A stretch of DNA of 59,956 nucleotides, the filler included, from Basidiobolus meristosporus CBS 931.73 (Eukaryota; Fungi; Basidiobolomycota): NCBI GenBank assembly GCA_002104905.1. It is 3 parts of 3 records of this genome, joined end to end, with 100 filler letters (N's around TTAATTAATTAA, not from the genome) between each part and the next. Parts side by side here need not be neighbours in the genome. Positions count along the whole stretch, not along the records: positions 1 to 28,132 come from MCFE01000890.1; 2 more parts are not named here. The stretch is one strand, 5' to 3'. Of the stretch, positions 11,106 to 23,191 are shown in pieces. Under the pieces are notes generated by a model, which searched no databases, was not told the origin of the DNA, and saw nothing but the letters and a program-made list of their open reading frames with translations. Made by a program: the position numbers and the translations under genes. Within the stretch, counting starts at the first letter, position 1, and the number at the start of each line of letters is the position of its first letter.

Positions 11106-14100
11106 GGATATGAGCCCCAAGCTGTCACTCTCTGTAATGTCTACTACTGCTATTACTGGAATTTTTCCCTCTGCTGAAAAGTTGGTTGGATTCAAGTACC
11201 AAGTGTGGAAGGTGAAGATGAAGATGCTGCTACAAGAAAGAGGCCTTTGGGATATTGTCATGGGAGAAGAATGCCCTCCTAAAAATATGGGAGAGGAAGC
11301 CTTAAAGTACCAGAAGAAAGAACAAAGTGCCTTTAACTGCATTTGCCTTAATGTCAAGGACAAGTTGCTAACTCAATGCTCAAGAGCAAAAATGGCAAAG
11401 AATGCCTGGAAAGCATTAGAAGACACCTACCAGTCATGTTCAGCTGCAAGAAGATGTATCTGAGATAAAAATTCTTTACTACAAAGATGCTGCCAGGAGA
11501 AGAAGTGAAAAATCTGATCAACAGAACTACCCTGCTGGTAGATGAGATGGAATCTGTGGGCGTACCAACTACTGATGAGGATGTGATAGTTACCATCCTG
11601 AATAGCCTGACAGACAAGTTTCAGGGCCTTGTATCAGCCCTAGAGTCCAGAACTGAAGATTTGACCTTAAATATGTATATGGAAGGCTCCTTGATGAAGA
11701 ATTAAGAAAATCAAGCGCCAACAAGAAGGAAGAAGAAAATTCTTTAATAAGCAATGATAGCCAACAAAGGAGGTACCCAAGACCCTACAAAGGCAACAGC
11801 AACCTATTTTGCAACTACTGCAAAAGGAAAGGACACACATCAGACCAGTGTCTCAAAAAGAGAGATTATTAGCAAATGAAGCCTGAATATGGAAATGCTG
11901 CAACAACTGAAGATAGACTATTTATATCTGCACTAAATATGACCGCACACAAGGATTTTCAGATGTGCTACATTGACTCTGGAGCATCTCAACACTCTAC
12001 ACACCAAAAAGAACTTTTACCCAATATCAAGAAATTCCAATTAAGAAGGTTTTCATGGGTGACAATAGAACACTTGATGCAGTGGGAGAAGGAACTATCC
12101 AAGTAAACCTTAGAAGCAGTGAAGGAAGCCATACACTGACCTTTAAAGAAGTACCCTATGTACCAGAAATAGCCAAGAACCTACTCTCTGTAAGCAAGAC
12201 CACAGCAGAAGGACTCAGTTTCAGTTTTGATAATTCTAGATGCAGGATTACTGATCAAAATGGTGCCCATATTGCTTCAGGCATCAGAGATCAGAATCTA
12301 TACAAGTTGACTTATATTCCATCATATCTGGAAGCCAATATAAGTAACTTAAATGAAGAAACACCAATGCTTTGGCACAGGAGATTTAGACACATCAATT
12401 TTGATTATTTGCGTAAAATGATCAAAGATCAGCTAATTTCTGGAGTGAAAACTGATCCCCCAGCTAATTGGGAGCACGGTGAAGCCTGAATATATGGGAA
12501 GCAAGCCAGACAACTGTTCAAGAGCTCTGGGTTAATCAAAACTAAGAAAAAATTAGATCTAATTCACTCAGATCTGTGTAGACTTATGCAAAATTTATCC
12601 TTAGGCAGGATGAAGTATTTGATCACTTTTATTGATGATTATACAAGATACACATGGCTCTACTTCATGGAGAGAAAGGAAGAAGCTCTGTCTAAGTTCA
12701 GGGAGCTTAAAGCCATGGTGGAGAGAGAAACTGGTGAAAAAATCAAGAAAATATGCTCTGACAATGGTGGAGAATATACCGCAAAACTCTTCATCCACTT
12801 CTGCAAAATTCATGGGATAAAGCAAGAGACTACTGTACCATACTCCCCCCAGCAAAATGGAGTAGCAGAACAACCTAACAGATCAATAATTGATATGGCA
12901 AGAACTATGATCCATGATCAAAAATTATCCCATGATTTTTTGGGCCAAATCAGTTGCCATTGCTGTATACCTTAAAAATTGGAGTTATAACAGAATACTT
13001 TGTGATTCTACTCCATTAGAAGCATGGTATGGATATAGACCAAGTGCAGAACATCTAAGAATATTTGGGTGTACAACATATACCAAAAAACTGGCTGGAA
13101 ATCAGTCAAAATTTGAGCCAAAAAGTGTAAAATGCACATTTTTGGGCTACTGCAATGAGAGTAAGGGATACAGACTCTACAATACCAAAGCAAAGAAGCG
13201 GAGCAAGTCCAGGGATGTGTTGTTTCATGAAAATTCAGAATTTTCACAAAAAATGACATCAAATGATAACAAAATCTGATCTCAAGTCCACCAATTGTCA
13301 GGATTGAATCAGAGCAAAACAATGAAGATTTTTTCACTCCAGAGGACTCTACAACCATGGTTCAGCCAGAATCAGTGCCCTGGAATATCCCAGAAGTGAT
13401 CATTCCAGTATCAAATGCCAGGAGATCCAATCAGACAAGAAATAGCCCAAATTACTATATCAATGAGGGTACAAACTTGGCCTATGACTATTCAGTCCAT
13501 GTTGATGAACCCCAGACTGTAAAGAAGGCCCTAAATAGCCCTCAGACAAAGTTTTGGAGATCTGCAATGACTGAGGAATATCAGGTCCTAATGGAAAATC
13601 AAACTTGGGACTTAGTCAAATTACCAATCAATTAAAAATCAATTGGATACAGATGGGTCTTCAAGACAAAATACAAGGCTGATGGTACTATTGAAAGATA
13701 CAAAGCAAGACTTGTAGCCAAAGGATACTCTCAAACAAAAGGACTTGACTATACTGAGACCTTTGCACCGGTAGCCAAGTTTAATTCCATCAGACTAATA
13801 TTGGCTATTGCAGCCAAATATAAGTTTATTATTCATCAAATGGATGTAAAAACTGCATTTTTGAATGGAGAACTTGATGAGGACATGTATATAGACCAGC
13901 CTGATGGGTTTGTTGACCAAGATAACCCCCACATGGTCTGCAAGCTTAAAAAGCCACTATATGGTCTCAAACAATCACCAAGAGCCTGGAATTGCAAGAT
14001 AGATTCTTATTTGGAACCTTTGAGTTTCAAAAGGAGTAATGCTGACTATAGGATTTACTATTAGCCAGATAGAGCAAATCCAGCTCTATTAGCTCTATAT

Positions 14101-15089
14101 GTGGATGATTTTATTATAGCCGCCAATAACCTTGCAACATTGGAAGAGACTATATCCAGCCTATCTCAAGAGTTGGAGATGTCCAATCTAGGAGAAATCT
14201 GTTACTACTAAGGGATTACATTCTCCATAGACAGAAGTACCCAGACTATCACCCTAAGCCAATCTAAGTATATTCAAGATATACTAAACAAGTACCAAAT
14301 GGAAGACTGTAAACTGGCAGCTACCCCAATGGAGACAAACCTTAACTTGGTTAAAACTCAACCAAATCAAGAGAGCTTGGTGCCATCTGAAAGCCCTGAC
14401 TTTCCCTATCAATCTATGGTTGGCAGTCTGTTGGCTATCATGCTTGGAACATGTCCAGATATCTCATATTCAGTGGGAGTTGTCAGCCAACATAATCAGA
14501 ACTATGGATCTGATCATATTGCAGCAGTTAAGCGGATTTTTAGATACCTAAAAGGAACTGCTGATATCTGCTTAAGATACACTTATAAGGATTCAGAACA
14601 GAATCTTGTGGGATACTCTGATGCTGATTGGGGACAAAATTTAGACGACAGAAGATCCACCACAGGATACACCTTTCTTTACTGTAAAGGAGCAATTTCA
14701 TGGAATTCAAGAAAGCAACCAACTGTAGCACTTTCCACCACAGAGGCAGAGTATATGGCAGCCTGTGAAGCTACAAAAGAAGCAATGTGGCTAAGAAAGC
14801 TTCTTACAGATTTAGGCCTATGTCAAAAAGCGCCTATTACTTTATTTCAAGATAATCAAGGATGTATACAATTAGGTAGAAATCCAACTTTTCATGCAAG
14901 AACCAAGCACATGGATATTAGACATCCTTTCATACATGAAGCTATAGAGAATAACTTAGTTAGCTTAGTGTACTGTCCTACAGATGAAATGATTGCAGAC
15001 ATATTTACCAAACCATTAGCTAGTGACAAGATTGAATATCTTAGGTCAAAATTAGGACTTGTTGGTATGAACATTTAGCTGAGTGGGAG

Positions 15090-15420
15090 TGTTGTAGAGA
15101 TTTGTAATTCCACCTGAATATTCACCTAACTTAGTCAGTTAGATCATTACCCTCAAATTCTAGAGAATACTGACCAAATTCCTTGTTGGGATTTACTTAG
15201 AATATTTACCCAGAGCATGAAAATTCTCAAAGTTGTCCAAACAGCCCCAAACTTTGCACACATGTTTTTGGGACCTTCCTTAACCTATTCTACGTGTTTG
15301 TAATGTCAAGACCAGGTAAAAGTATAAATACTACTTTTACATTCAATAAATCATCATGTAAAACCACATAATCTACTTGTTTTCCCAATCACTTCCAATA
15401 TCTCCAAGACTCTTACAACA
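15090..15420 (+). repeat. copia 3' LTR
   Basis: Follows the PPT; direct repeat of the 5' LTR. Confidence 0.9.
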
Positions 15421-15499
15421 CTTATAACATCTACACCCTCCCCCCTCCCCATGTATCCCTGAACTTGATATATTCTGTGATACTGCTTTGAATTCAGCT

Positions 15500-16263
15500 T
15501 AGATTTGTTGCATAAGGGACCTACATCCCTACTGGATTCTTTGCTTGTTTCAGTCCAGGCTGCAAACAAAGATTGCATCAATACTTTTTGACTCTCCACC
15601 CTCTGACACTACTCTCCACCCATGATTTTTACTGTCTAGATAGGTTTCTCAATGTTTATATTAGGACCCTAGTCCCTGACTTGCCTGGGTCCCCCAATTT
15701 GCATGTACTGAATGAGATTTTTGTGTTCTACCCATATCAAATCTGTACAGCCACTCTTACAGCTTCCTGCCTGGCAAGCATTGGCTGTTTAGTAGCTAAC
15801 TATTAAAACCATGACTTTATCAGCAACACTCCCACAGGTCTTCATGTAGGCACATCCTGCCAATTCTCCTCTTCTTACCAAGCTGGCTTCAAAGTTCCTG
15901 AAAGCAGAAAAACCCAAACATATGACCCTTGACCACCTTCCTGCACTTTGGCAGAGTTACCTCAAAGCAAAATACCCCTTTCCTTGACAACATGATTCCA
16001 GGCTTTTGCAGTAATATTCATTATGTAGACAAGTGTCACTTACAGTTTGTGATTCCTCCAACACCCCTCAGCTTTCTCTTCTCTCAAGACAAACATTATT
16101 TAATTCTGTGCAATCTTACCCAAAAAAATATTAAAAATTAGATTATTTACTTGAGAGACTTAAAAACTCTTAGTTGGCTTATTTATTTTGTTGCTTCAGT
16201 TATATTTGTAACTACTTAACAAAAAATAAAGGTTTCACCATAACAGTGACCTTCCCTCCTCTA
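15500..16263 (+). mobile_element. Degenerate 3' remnant of a LINE related to 1-3242
   Basis: Translations resemble the end of ORF2 (LDRFLNVYIRTLVP; CHLQFVIPPTPL). Diverged tail at 16224-16263. Confidence 0.75.
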
Positions 16264-16419
16264 ACTGTGTGCCCACTAATTCCATCTCATCAACCAACAG
16301 AGTAGCGCTATTGATCAGATATTGCATTTCTTCTCTTGGGATCATATGTGTAGTAAAAAATACTTGTCTAAGATTCATTTACTTAGGGGTTAGATCCCCA
16401 TGCCAAGGTACTGAAGGTT

Positions 16420-17280
16420 CACAGCTCCTCCCATCAATTCTTGGACTCTTGTGGCCGAACTCAGCGGTTTCATGGAACAAACGTAGTGAAGAAATGGGAA
16501 CCTTGGTATCTGGCCACCGGCCAAGCTTGCAGCCATATCCTAGAGTATTCCTTCTGTACTGGAATACTGGAATTGCCTTGCCGTCGAGTATGGAGGATAC
16601 AATAGCGTATTAGGATACGATCTGCTCAATGGTAGGCGAAAACGGTCTATCCTTCTGTTTCACAACTGACTTGCTTTTGATAGAGCCATGGTCAGACCCA
16701 ACTCTACTAGTGCCTGGTGTTGTGTGTGTAGCCACTGTGGAGCAAGTGCAACAAGGAGATCCGGTCGGTGGATAACACCACCCTGGTGTTCTTTGAAGGA
16801 GTGACATAGGATATCAGTGCTGGACACGAGGATGTTCCGGGCCATTACTACAAGCCCTCTCAAACCTCGCTGGAGGGGATGTTCAAGAACCGCCGTAATG
16901 ACCAGGATCGCCTCTGCACTGAAGGTATGTTGACAGAGTTTCAGATGTGGATGGGCGACGATAAGGTCATGAAGGAGATGCGCCAGACTGTTGACCTATC
17001 CGACCAATACTTGCAATCCTGGATGGGATGGGAGTTTAAGAACCTCTTCGATGACAATGGCAAGCCCCATGCTGACCTGGGAAGGCATTATGCTCGCACA
17101 TTGTCAAGTCAATGAGGTTCAATGAAGATACCTCTGATTATCAAATCACTTGGACTGCAGATAGCTCTATTACTGCGCCTACCGAGGTCAAGCTCAACCG
17201 TCGTATTTACTATCCCAGCGGCTTCAACCTTACAATCTCGCCCTCCGGCGCGACCCTCAAAACATCGAAATCAAATATTC
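16420..17280 (+). pseudogene. GH5 endoglycoceramidase-like pseudogene, 5' end lost at the TE border
   Basis: VLGYDLLN|EPW across an intron, VFFEGVT*, HYY, MLTEF, SWMGWEFK, YYPSGF; in-frame stops. Confidence 0.65.
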
Positions 17281-17973
17281 TGACGAAGTCACCCAAAGCA
17301 CTCTGCGTATTGTCAAGACACAGTAGCTTACTAATCAATAATCTACCTAGCAATGGAACCCCTCGTATCATTTGACCATGAAACACCTAGGCAGCCAATT
17401 CACCACCAGTTATGTCTGTACCAATCATGGGCCCCTGACAATAAATTATGTGACTGCTTTATGCAATTGCGTGCACGCAACAACTCACGACACACTAATC
17501 AACGGTTCACCTCTCATGTTTCTCTGGTGAGTTTTAGCGAGGGTTTTCGTTGGTGGGCCTTGGGATCGCCTTGAAGAAGGTCGAAGATGGTAAAGTTATG
17601 GGGAAGCTTACTTTGGATATGAAAAACTGGGCTTGAACCAACAACACAATAAAATAAACTGACACACGACCATCTTTGCTCAGGTAAGCCAAAATGGGTG
17701 CTGATATCGTATCAGTATGTGTGTGTGTGTGTGTGTGTGTGGCATCCAATATTGCTACACAGAAAATTTTCAATGATGTGCAACGCCCATTGTTGGATCT
17801 GCATGACGATTTTCTACATTAGGCATTCTTAAATGACAGAGGAACATCCAATCCTTAGGCAATTAAATGTATGCTCAATTATTACCAAATGGGTGAATTT
17901 TATGTTGGACCGCAACTCTGGAAGTTGTGATACAGATATAAAGTGCCTATGAGATGATTTGGCATTAGCAACT

Positions 17974-18915
17974 ATGGAATCGTTCATCGGTAGTCAATTG
18001 TTGACAGAGTTCACCGGCATAACAAACAATGAGGCCTACAAGAGGGCCTTCAATGACAGGGTTTTCCAAAGGGACGAGCGTACTGGCCATGTCATTGGAA
18101 ACGATCAGAGGGAACTGTTTACACCGTACTTGCTGGACTTTGTGAGCGGCAAGAAGGTCATTGTGGACTTGGGCGCCGGGGCCGGTGAACTTTTGGACGA
18201 CATTCATCCATACGTCTTGGAGTCCACCTTCTACATAGAAGAACCCAACCGCATGCTACTAAATGAATACATAGAGCGCTTGCGTCGCTACGATATCCAA
18301 CTAAGGGAGGCCAGTTCAAGCCCAGCACAGGAGTATTTGAAGAGGAAGGACAAGCAGAATTTTGCCGACTGCGTCCTATCGATTCACATGATATACCATT
18401 TGACCGATCTTACTGCTGAAGATGTCAACCCCGAGGCCGACCTGAAAGATTTTATTGTCCAGTTGTACGACTTGCTCGCGGACGGCGGCGGCATATTCCT
18501 GGTGTACGCCGACATGGAGAAAGCCTTTGCAGGAAAGGTTGCTGCTAGTTACTTCGCCACCCATGGGCAGAAACACCACCATTCCAACTTGCTTAGACTC
18601 TACAGAACCCGGAATGAGGTGCTTCAGGAGCGAGGGATTCTCCCTGTATTACAATCGCTGTACCCTCGTGATAAGATTACCATGAGCTCAGTTGTATGTA
18701 ACAGCAGGTTCTACGGAGATAGTGTCGATGACTTGGCTGCTATGAGCTTGGTTGGGGAGTTGATCGAATCCAATGATGAACCGTTTGACGTGAGAAAGCT
18801 CCAACACGCACTCAACATGCTTCATAATCCTCAGAGCGATATCAAGCTGGGCAAGAGAGCGGGCATGTGGAGTGCAAACGAGGAGCAAGTGGTCTGTATT
18901 ATCAATAAAAACTAA
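17974..18915 (+). CDS. Class I SAM-dependent methyltransferase, intronless
   Basis: IVDLGAGAGEL motif I, acidic EEPN, DCVLSIHMIYH. Confidence 0.75.
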   Translation: MESFIGSQLLTEFTGITNNEAYKRAFNDRVFQRDERTGHVIGNDQRELFTPYLLDFVSGKKVIVDLGAGAGELLDDIHPYVLESTFYIEEPNRMLLNEYIERLRRYDIQLREASSSPAQEYLKRKDKQNFADCVLSIHMIYHLTDLTAEDVNPEADLKDFIVQLYDLLADGGGIFLVYADMEKAFAGKVAASYFATHGQKHHHSNLLRLYRTRNEVLQERGILPVLQSLYPRDKITMSSVVCNSRFYGDSVDDLAAMSLVGELIESNDEPFDVRKLQHALNMLHNPQSDIKLGKRAGMWSANEEQVVCIINKN

Positions 18916-19047
18916 ACTCGAAACACGGCAGAGGCTTCTAACCATGACCGAGGCAACATCAAGAAATAAGCAACATGCATTGTTTTGAGATCTGCTTTAT
19001 TCTGGACGTCGGCGGAGAGTGGCACAAGGATGTGTGAAGCCCTCCTT

Positions 19048-20219
19048 TCATGCCACAACGAACTCTGCATGCCTATTCATCAACTGGCAGCCTAGCTCGT
19101 GGAACCACCTCCTGATGGCCAATTTGTCCTCTTGGCTGAATTGAGGCTTGCAGATTTTCCAGCAGTGATCGAGGTGGGCTTGAGGCATTCCCCACGAACT
19201 CAGTAAAGGCTTCCAGTATCTCACTTCGAATAGTTCGTGCTCATCATCGTCAAGTCTTAGCTTCGTACATGGTGGTGGATAGATTGACCGGTGGAACGCA
19301 GAGATCCATTTAGCCTTCAGGAAGGACAGTAAATGAATGGAGGCCGAATTCATGTCAGATATACAGTGGTCAAAGTCAGCCGCAAAGTACGGGTCGCTAA
19401 AAAACTCTCGCAGTCCAGGGTATTCCAAGGTGGAGGCCAGGCAATGAGCAAAACCGACCTAGTATAATTTATCTTAGCTGAACGAAGAGGTGGTGGTACC
19501 ACGAGGAGCCCCTCGTACCTGTTCAAAATACAACGATGGCTCGAAGAACGCTTGCAAATGCTTCAAGTCATGGATCATAAATCCGACCACATCCCGGCTT
19601 TCGTATGGTGGGTAAGTGTCAGTAAGAATCTGCTCCAGTTCGGTGGCTTTCAAAAAGCAAGTTACTATTCTTGAGCCTTCGGCTTGGAATTTTAGGACCC
19701 GCACTGCCGAAGGGATGTGAAACAATAAATGGATTGTAGGTGAGCCTAGAGCTGGATGATCGGTTAGCGCAAGTGATGGTAAAAAGAACCGCCGCATTTC
19801 TTACCCAAATTGACGATCGCTTGATTAACATAACGCTCTACTCCGTAGACTGCTGCGTATTTGAATACATCCGTAAAGGTCAACTCCTTTTCGGAATCAC
19901 CTTTTGGTAGCATTTTTCGAAGTCTTGAGAGATCTTGTGGCGAGATTCCCAGCTCATCTTGATATTTACATAATGAGGCGGCAGTAGCGTTCTGCATCTC
20001 TGGATACAACCAAGAAAGCTCATACTCAATGGTTGGGTTCAGTTTACCAGTAAGCCATTTGTTGGGTCGTTTGTTGGCAGTAAATAGGATAATGTATGCC
20101 GAAATAAACTCGGAAACTGTCAAGGAGCCATTTTTAAACTCAGCTCGAAATGTCTGCAATGTCGCAGCAAGCTCTTGTGTATTTTTCCTTGGCTCAACCT
20201 GGAAATGATTCTTGGCCAT
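19048..20219 (-). CDS. Hypothetical protein with an HDLxH motif (spliced)
   Basis: ORFs 19764-20219, 19474-19797 and 19048-19428 can be joined by short introns; contains FMIHDLKHL. Confidence 0.55.
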
Positions 20220-20792
20220 CGGAGTTTACAGTTGAAATCCACATGAACATTCAATTTCCTTATTTTAATATTTTTGGGAAATCGAGTAAATTATGCAATT
20301 TTGCTACCGAAGAGGAGCAAAAAAGATTGATCCAGCTAAAGTGGCAGTGAAGGCTTAGCGGTATCGACTACGGATACTGTCTTCTCATCCGTGGTAAATA
20401 TTTTACCTACATCATCTGTCACTGCTTTCAGCTTTCTACTGCAACTACCATAGGGCCTGACCAGAATCAGTATACATTCCACCAATTCCGAACGCCTCTT
20501 GCAAATATACTTCGAAATCTTTGGTTTTCCCGCAAAATGTTTACACGTGCTATTTCTGAATCATCTATAATAGAATGATCCATCTGCCCCTATTCCATGG
20601 CTGGACAAATCAGGCTTATCAAACCAAACTCGATTGAACTAGACAGTCGTTGAGCGTCCTGATTTGGTCATCAAAACTAAAGGTTTTTTATTGCCACATA
20701 TGGTTATTTTATCATGGCTTCTTTTTTCTATATAATTGCGGGTTCGCGCAAATCGTCGTACAGTTAGAACGTTAATTTGTGAACATTTTGCG

Positions 20793-22394
20793 ATGGATCT
20801 GAACGTTGCTTCCCCCATCAACCACGGAGATAACGCGTGGATGCTCACATCCACTGCCCTAGTCTTCATCATGTGCCTCGGTCTCGGGTTCTTCTATGGT
20901 GGTCTTGCCAGAACTAATCACACCCTCTCCCTCATGTTCCTCATGATGATCTCCACCTGTGTGGTCACCATCCAGTGGTACTTCTGGGGATACTCTCTCA
21001 CCTACAGTGTCACTACGAACAACAACTTCATCGGTAATCTGCACCATATCATTGCCCGCCATGTCGACAATGTGCCTCATCCCAACGCCCCCACCATTCC
21101 CGGTGGAACCTACTTCATCTACCAGTGCATGTTCGCAATCATCACTCCAGCCCTTGCCTTCGGATCTACCGCTGAGCGTATGAAGATCGGACCTGTTGTG
21201 ATCTTCTTGTTCGTCTGGTCCACCTTGGTGTACAACGTGATTGCCATGTGGGTGTGGAACCCTAAGGGTTGGTTGTACAAGCTTGGTGTTCACGATTTCG
21301 CCGGTGGTATTGCTGTGCATCTTGGATCAGGAGCTGCCGCTGGAGCCTACGCCCTTTTGATCGGTGACAGAAAGGATTATAGCAAGCACGGTCACTTCAC
21401 TCCCAACAACGTTGCCTTTGTATTCTTGGGTACCGCCTTCTTGTGGTTCGGATGGTTCGGCTTCAACGGAGGAAGTGAAGGAGCTGCCGACGGAAGAGCC
21501 GCCAACGCTGTCATCGTCACTCACATTGCCGGAGCTGTTGGCGGAGCCGTCTGGGTCTACATCGACTTCCTTCGTACCAAGAAGTGGTCGTTGGTCGGTA
21601 TCTGTACTGGAGCTGTTGCTGGTCTTGCCACCATCACTCCCGCATCCGGATTCGTCACCCCCAGTTCTTCTTTGGCTTTCGGATTCTTCGGAGCCATTAT
21701 TTGCTACGCATGTGTCTTGTACAAGAACATCTTGTTCCCCTTCGATGATTGCCTCGATGTGTTCGCCGTCCATTACGTGAGTGGTATCGTAGGTACTTTC
21801 ATGAACGGTATCTTTGCCGAGCAAGCAGTCATTGCTATGGGATATCCCCCAGGTGCCACCAATGTTCCCCTCGGTGGCTGGTTCGACAGACACTGGATCC
21901 AGTTGCCCATCCAAATGGCTGGTATTGGAGCAGCTTCCGTTTGGTCCTTCGGAATGACCTATCTTATTCTTTGGGTGATGCTTAAGTGCGGACTTCGTCT
22001 CCGTCTCCGCGATGATGAGGAAGATCTTGGTACCGATCTTGCCATTTTGGGAGAAACTGCCTACGGATTCATGGAGCCTGCTCATGGTCATGGTCATGAC
22101 CCCGAAAAGGGCGAGAAAATGACCAGTGCTCCCGAACAAATGGAAGCAGTCCCCGAATTACCTAATATCGTTCCAATTTCGTCCAACTCGGAAGTAGCTG
22201 AAGTTGCAGCTGCAGCCAAGGCCGAACGTAACTCTATGATCGGAATGGCCAGTGGTTCAATTGCTCGTCTATCGACCGGCTCCATAACCCAAATTCAGAA
22301 AACACCTGAAGGAGAATCCTCCACTTCCGCCACGGAAGTAGCGGTCGTCTCCACCCCTAGTGCAGAAGAAACTCCAGCTGAAGAAACTCAGTAG
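20793..22394 (+). CDS. Ammonium transporter Amt/Mep, copy 1
   Basis: GDNAWML, HDFAGG..VH, WFGWFGFNGGS, GLATITP, DDCLDVFAVH. Confidence 0.95.
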   Translation: MDLNVASPINHGDNAWMLTSTALVFIMCLGLGFFYGGLARTNHTLSLMFLMMISTCVVTIQWYFWGYSLTYSVTTNNNFIGNLHHIIARHVDNVPHPNAPTIPGGTYFIYQCMFAIITPALAFGSTAERMKIGPVVIFLFVWSTLVYNVIAMWVWNPKGWLYKLGVHDFAGGIAVHLGSGAAAGAYALLIGDRKDYSKHGHFTPNNVAFVFLGTAFLWFGWFGFNGGSEGAADGRAANAVIVTHIAGAVGGAVWVYIDFLRTKKWSLVGICTGAVAGLATITPASGFVTPSSSLAFGFFGAIICYACVLYKNILFPFDDCLDVFAVHYVSGIVGTFMNGIFAEQAVIAMGYPPGATNVPLGGWFDRHWIQLPIQMAGIGAASVWSFGMTYLILWVMLKCGLRLRLRDDEEDLGTDLAILGETAYGFMEPAHGHGHDPEKGEKMTSAPEQMEAVPELPNIVPISSNSEVAEVAAAAKAERNSMIGMASGSIARLSTGSITQIQKTPEGESSTSATEVAVVSTPSAEETPAEETQ

Positions 22395-23191
22395 TTTAAT
22401 GTGGAGTACCTCCTTGTACACTCAGGAATAGTTCAAGCTTAGAGAACGTTCCCGGACAGATATTCAATCTCTTTATTCAATGTAATATTTTTATGAACGC
22501 GTCGTTTCTTTCGGATACATATATAGATACCTAATAAAGTACTCATGAAAACAAATCACTCCCCCATTTTCCATCACAGAATTCCATCTATCAACAACTC
22601 TTCTGCAAGAACTAAGGCTATGTAAATGTTTCAGTTACTTGCATATTTCCATATTTACTTTGCTTTGAACAAAGTCGTGGGATGGAGTAAACAACCATGT
22701 GTTTTACCCCCTTTTCCGCGACCTAGGAACGACACCACTCCCACCATCCAGATCAACATGGCAAATGCAAATTGAGTAGCACTTTCTAAGATCAATCAAG
22801 TCCCAAAATCGGCTAATGAGCAGAGGGATATCTACCAAATCGCAATCCCGGTACCGATTTCTGATTAATACATTCGAATTGGAAACATCCAATAATTACC
22901 AAGTTCCAAATAAATTTCCATTTCACATTTTGGGAAAAAATTCTGTTTAGATTCGGATCTCGGATGCGATTGATTGGCCAATGCTTCGTTGTGAGGAAGG
23001 TTCTTTAAGCAAAAGTAAGAGTGCGGAAGGTCTTGATAACAGTTGAGTTCAAATAACAGTCTAGAAGGAAGCCACATTCCTTTTTCATGTTGAGGTACGG
23101 CCACCTTCTGTTGCAACATTTCTTTACCATGAATGTATAAATATCGGCTGTGAAAGCGTCAAGTGAAGTTCACGTCAAGTTTGATACAACA

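Larger units (their letters stand above)
10757..15420 (+). mobile_element. Ty1/copia LTR retrotransposon, degenerate
   Basis: LTRs 10757-11105 and 15090-15420 (TG..CA). PBS GGATATGAGCCCC, PPT GAGTGGGAG. Order gag-PR(IDSGAS)-IN(SDNGGEY, PQQNGVAE)-RT(HQMDVKTAFLNG, LYVDD)-RNaseH(YSDADW, DNQG, KHMDIR). Many stops and frameshifts. Confidence 0.95.

Noticed and set aside
10752-15425. Target-site duplication of the copia element
   Set aside because: Flanks GCAAC and CTTAT do not match; the element may be recombinant or its flanks rearranged.
17719-17740. (GT)n microsatellite
   Set aside because: Ordinary simple repeat.
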